Of a stretch of DNA of 64,000 nt, positions 63,325 to 64,000 are shown one piece after another. Source of the stretch: Podarcis pityusensis (lineage: Eukaryota). Position numbers and translations under genes: made by a program. The DNA lies in assembly GCA_964106645.2 (NCBI GenBank), contig OZ067038.1. One strand, written 5' to 3'. Each line of letters opens with the position of its first letter. Within the stretch, counting starts at the first letter, position 1. Under the pieces are notes generated by a model that saw only the letters and a program-made list of their open reading frames with translations, made no database searches and was not told where the DNA came from.

Positions 63325-63570
63325 CAGGGGTCAGCAAACTTTATCAGCAGGGGGCCGGTCCACTGTCCCTCAGACTTTGTGTGGTGCAGGACTATATTTT
63401 GAAGGGGGGGGGGATAAACGAATTCCTATGCCCCACAAATAACCCAGACATGCATTTTAAATAAAAGGACACATTCTACTCATGTAAAAACACGCTGATT
63501 CCTGGACCATTTGCGGGCTGGATTTAGAAGGTGATTGGGCTGGATCCGGGCCTTAGTTTGCCTACCCATG
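63325..63570. mobile_element. hAT (Charlie-like) MITE
   Basis: TIRs CAGGGGTCAGCAAACT / AGTTTGCCTACCCATG; exact 8-bp TSD TGCTACTT. Confidence 0.9.
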
Positions 63571-64000
63571 TGCTACTTAAACACAAAAGCAGAATCCAAA
63601 CACACAAATGACGTCTAAAAACATATGCCTGAAATTAGCAGAGGGAAAATGCTGCCCTTGAAGTCATAAATCTGCCCCCTCAGTGAGGTTCTTAATGAGT
63701 CTTGGCAAGGCAGGTGCCCTGCTGTCTTGGACATGAAGTTCAGCACAAGACTCTGCTTGCAAATACAGCCTAAGACAGGCCTGGCAATGTGCATACAATG
63801 CTGCAATAGGGTAGAGCACACATCTGCATTACACCACTGCTAGGCAAAATGAAAGGTGAACTATTTTATTATTACGACACGTTTAATTATTCACTTCTTT
63901 TTAAGTGGTGCTGTGGGAATCAATGCCAACATTCACTTGAAGTTCTGCAGGTACACTGCTGATGCCTTCCTGCAACTTGCCCTTTAGTAATACAAAGGAA

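Overview
Eukaryotic, repeat-rich, apparently intronic or intergenic DNA from a squamate reptile. Sauria SINEs, Bov-B, and young L2 and CR1 copies point to a lizard, probably a lacertid (inference). No host protein-coding exon could be identified with confidence; most ORFs in the track are chance frames or lie in repeats. The window holds LINE fragments (CR1, L2, L1, RTE-BovB, RTE-X-like), SINEs, many Tc1/mariner-type and hAT-type MITEs, a solo LTR, microsatellites and a 149-N assembly gap. Three items stand out. (1) A TSD-flanked Penelope-like insertion (26015-26453) carries three minimal hammerhead ribozyme motifs; two are tandem on the minus strand with predicted cleavage sites 172 nt apart, and the third forms a perfect 123-bp foldback. 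(2) A 762-bp solo LTR (58598-59359) is one open reading frame from its second base to just before its poly(A) signal. (3) Three Tc2-like MITEs share termini but have unrelated, hairpin-rich interiors, one with a higher-order repeat and apparently captured DNA. Family names come from recognition by eye, not database searches.
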